Virus record (IMG/VR): IMGVR_UViG_3300031718_000177
Direction: 5' to 3' (one strand)
Source of the DNA: a virus
Lineage: Duplodnaviria; Heunggongvirae; Uroviricota; Caudoviricetes
DNA: 64,000 nucleotides
Of the stretch, positions 63,866 to 64,000 are shown in pieces; position 1 is the stretch's first letter, and each line of letters begins with the position of its first letter. The translations under genes were made by a program, and so were the position numbers. Below the pieces are notes generated by a model. It did no database searches. It was not told the DNA's origin and worked only from the letters and a program-made list of their open reading frames with translations.

Positions 63866-64000
63866 TCAGTTCCTCTTTAATATCTTCCATACTTCATATA
63901 CATCATCGCCGAACATTTTGCTAGGTACTCTTAGTATAGTACGCATCTCGGTGAAAGTGTCATCTTGCCAGTCCATCTGGTTTTCTATTGTTTGGAAAGA
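63866..64000 (-). CDS. 3' end of a gene truncated by the window
   Basis: Open frame ..ENQMDWQDDTFTEMRTILRVPSKMFGDDVYEVWKILKRN*. Confidence 0.5.
   Translation of the reverse strand, partial: SFQTIENQMDWQDDTFTEMRTILRVPSKMFGDDVYEVWKILKRN

Noticed and set aside
1-64000. tRNA, rRNA genes and CRISPR arrays
   Set aside because: No cloverleaf or T-loop motifs in intergenic gaps and no regularly spaced identical repeats were seen; the gaps are almost all short. A tRNAscan/Infernal run would be definitive.
1-64000. Stop-codon reassignment (common in some huge phages)
   Set aside because: Conserved enzymes are full-length under code 11, and TAG, TGA and TAA each end genes with tight overlaps.

Overview
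Gene-dense, AT-rich 64 kb segment of a large (jumbo/huge) tailed dsDNA phage read with the standard bacterial code. TAA, TAG and TGA all end tightly packed or overlapping genes. About 115 CDSs are present, mostly on the minus strand at 1.6-32.6 kb and 43-51.5 kb. A Planctomycetota host is suggested by a RRxxR..E-x-C-E-E-R-T-L-L-S leader protein, a BON-like protein, CsrA and signal-peptide Gly/Tyr-rich proteins. Recognisable functions: translation and proteostasis (MetRS, a strongly reduced ArgRS, CsrA, GroES, ClpX); nucleic-acid repair (Rnl1-like and Rnl2-like RNA ligases, a minimal ATP-dependent ligase, two metallophosphoesterases); nucleotide/NAD/CoA metabolism (Prs, PyrE, NUDIX, NDT-like, CinA-like/adenylyltransferase fusion, CoaB-like); a dispersed glycan toolkit (RmlA, 5-6 glycosyltransferases, a pyruvyltransferase, two sulfotransferases); and virion-type proteins (Ig-like, LamG plus glycoside-hydrolase-like). 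The most unusual items are a ParB/Srx-like domain fused to a full EXD2-type HNH domain, a minimal ArgRS inside a five-member paralog cluster, a GH-A-like barrel inserted within a jelly-roll domain, two near-identical promoters each followed by a structured leader (one a candidate pseudoknot), and proteins with T4-like capsid-targeting N-termini. No tRNA, rRNA or CRISPR array was seen. All family calls come from motif recognition by eye, with no database searches.
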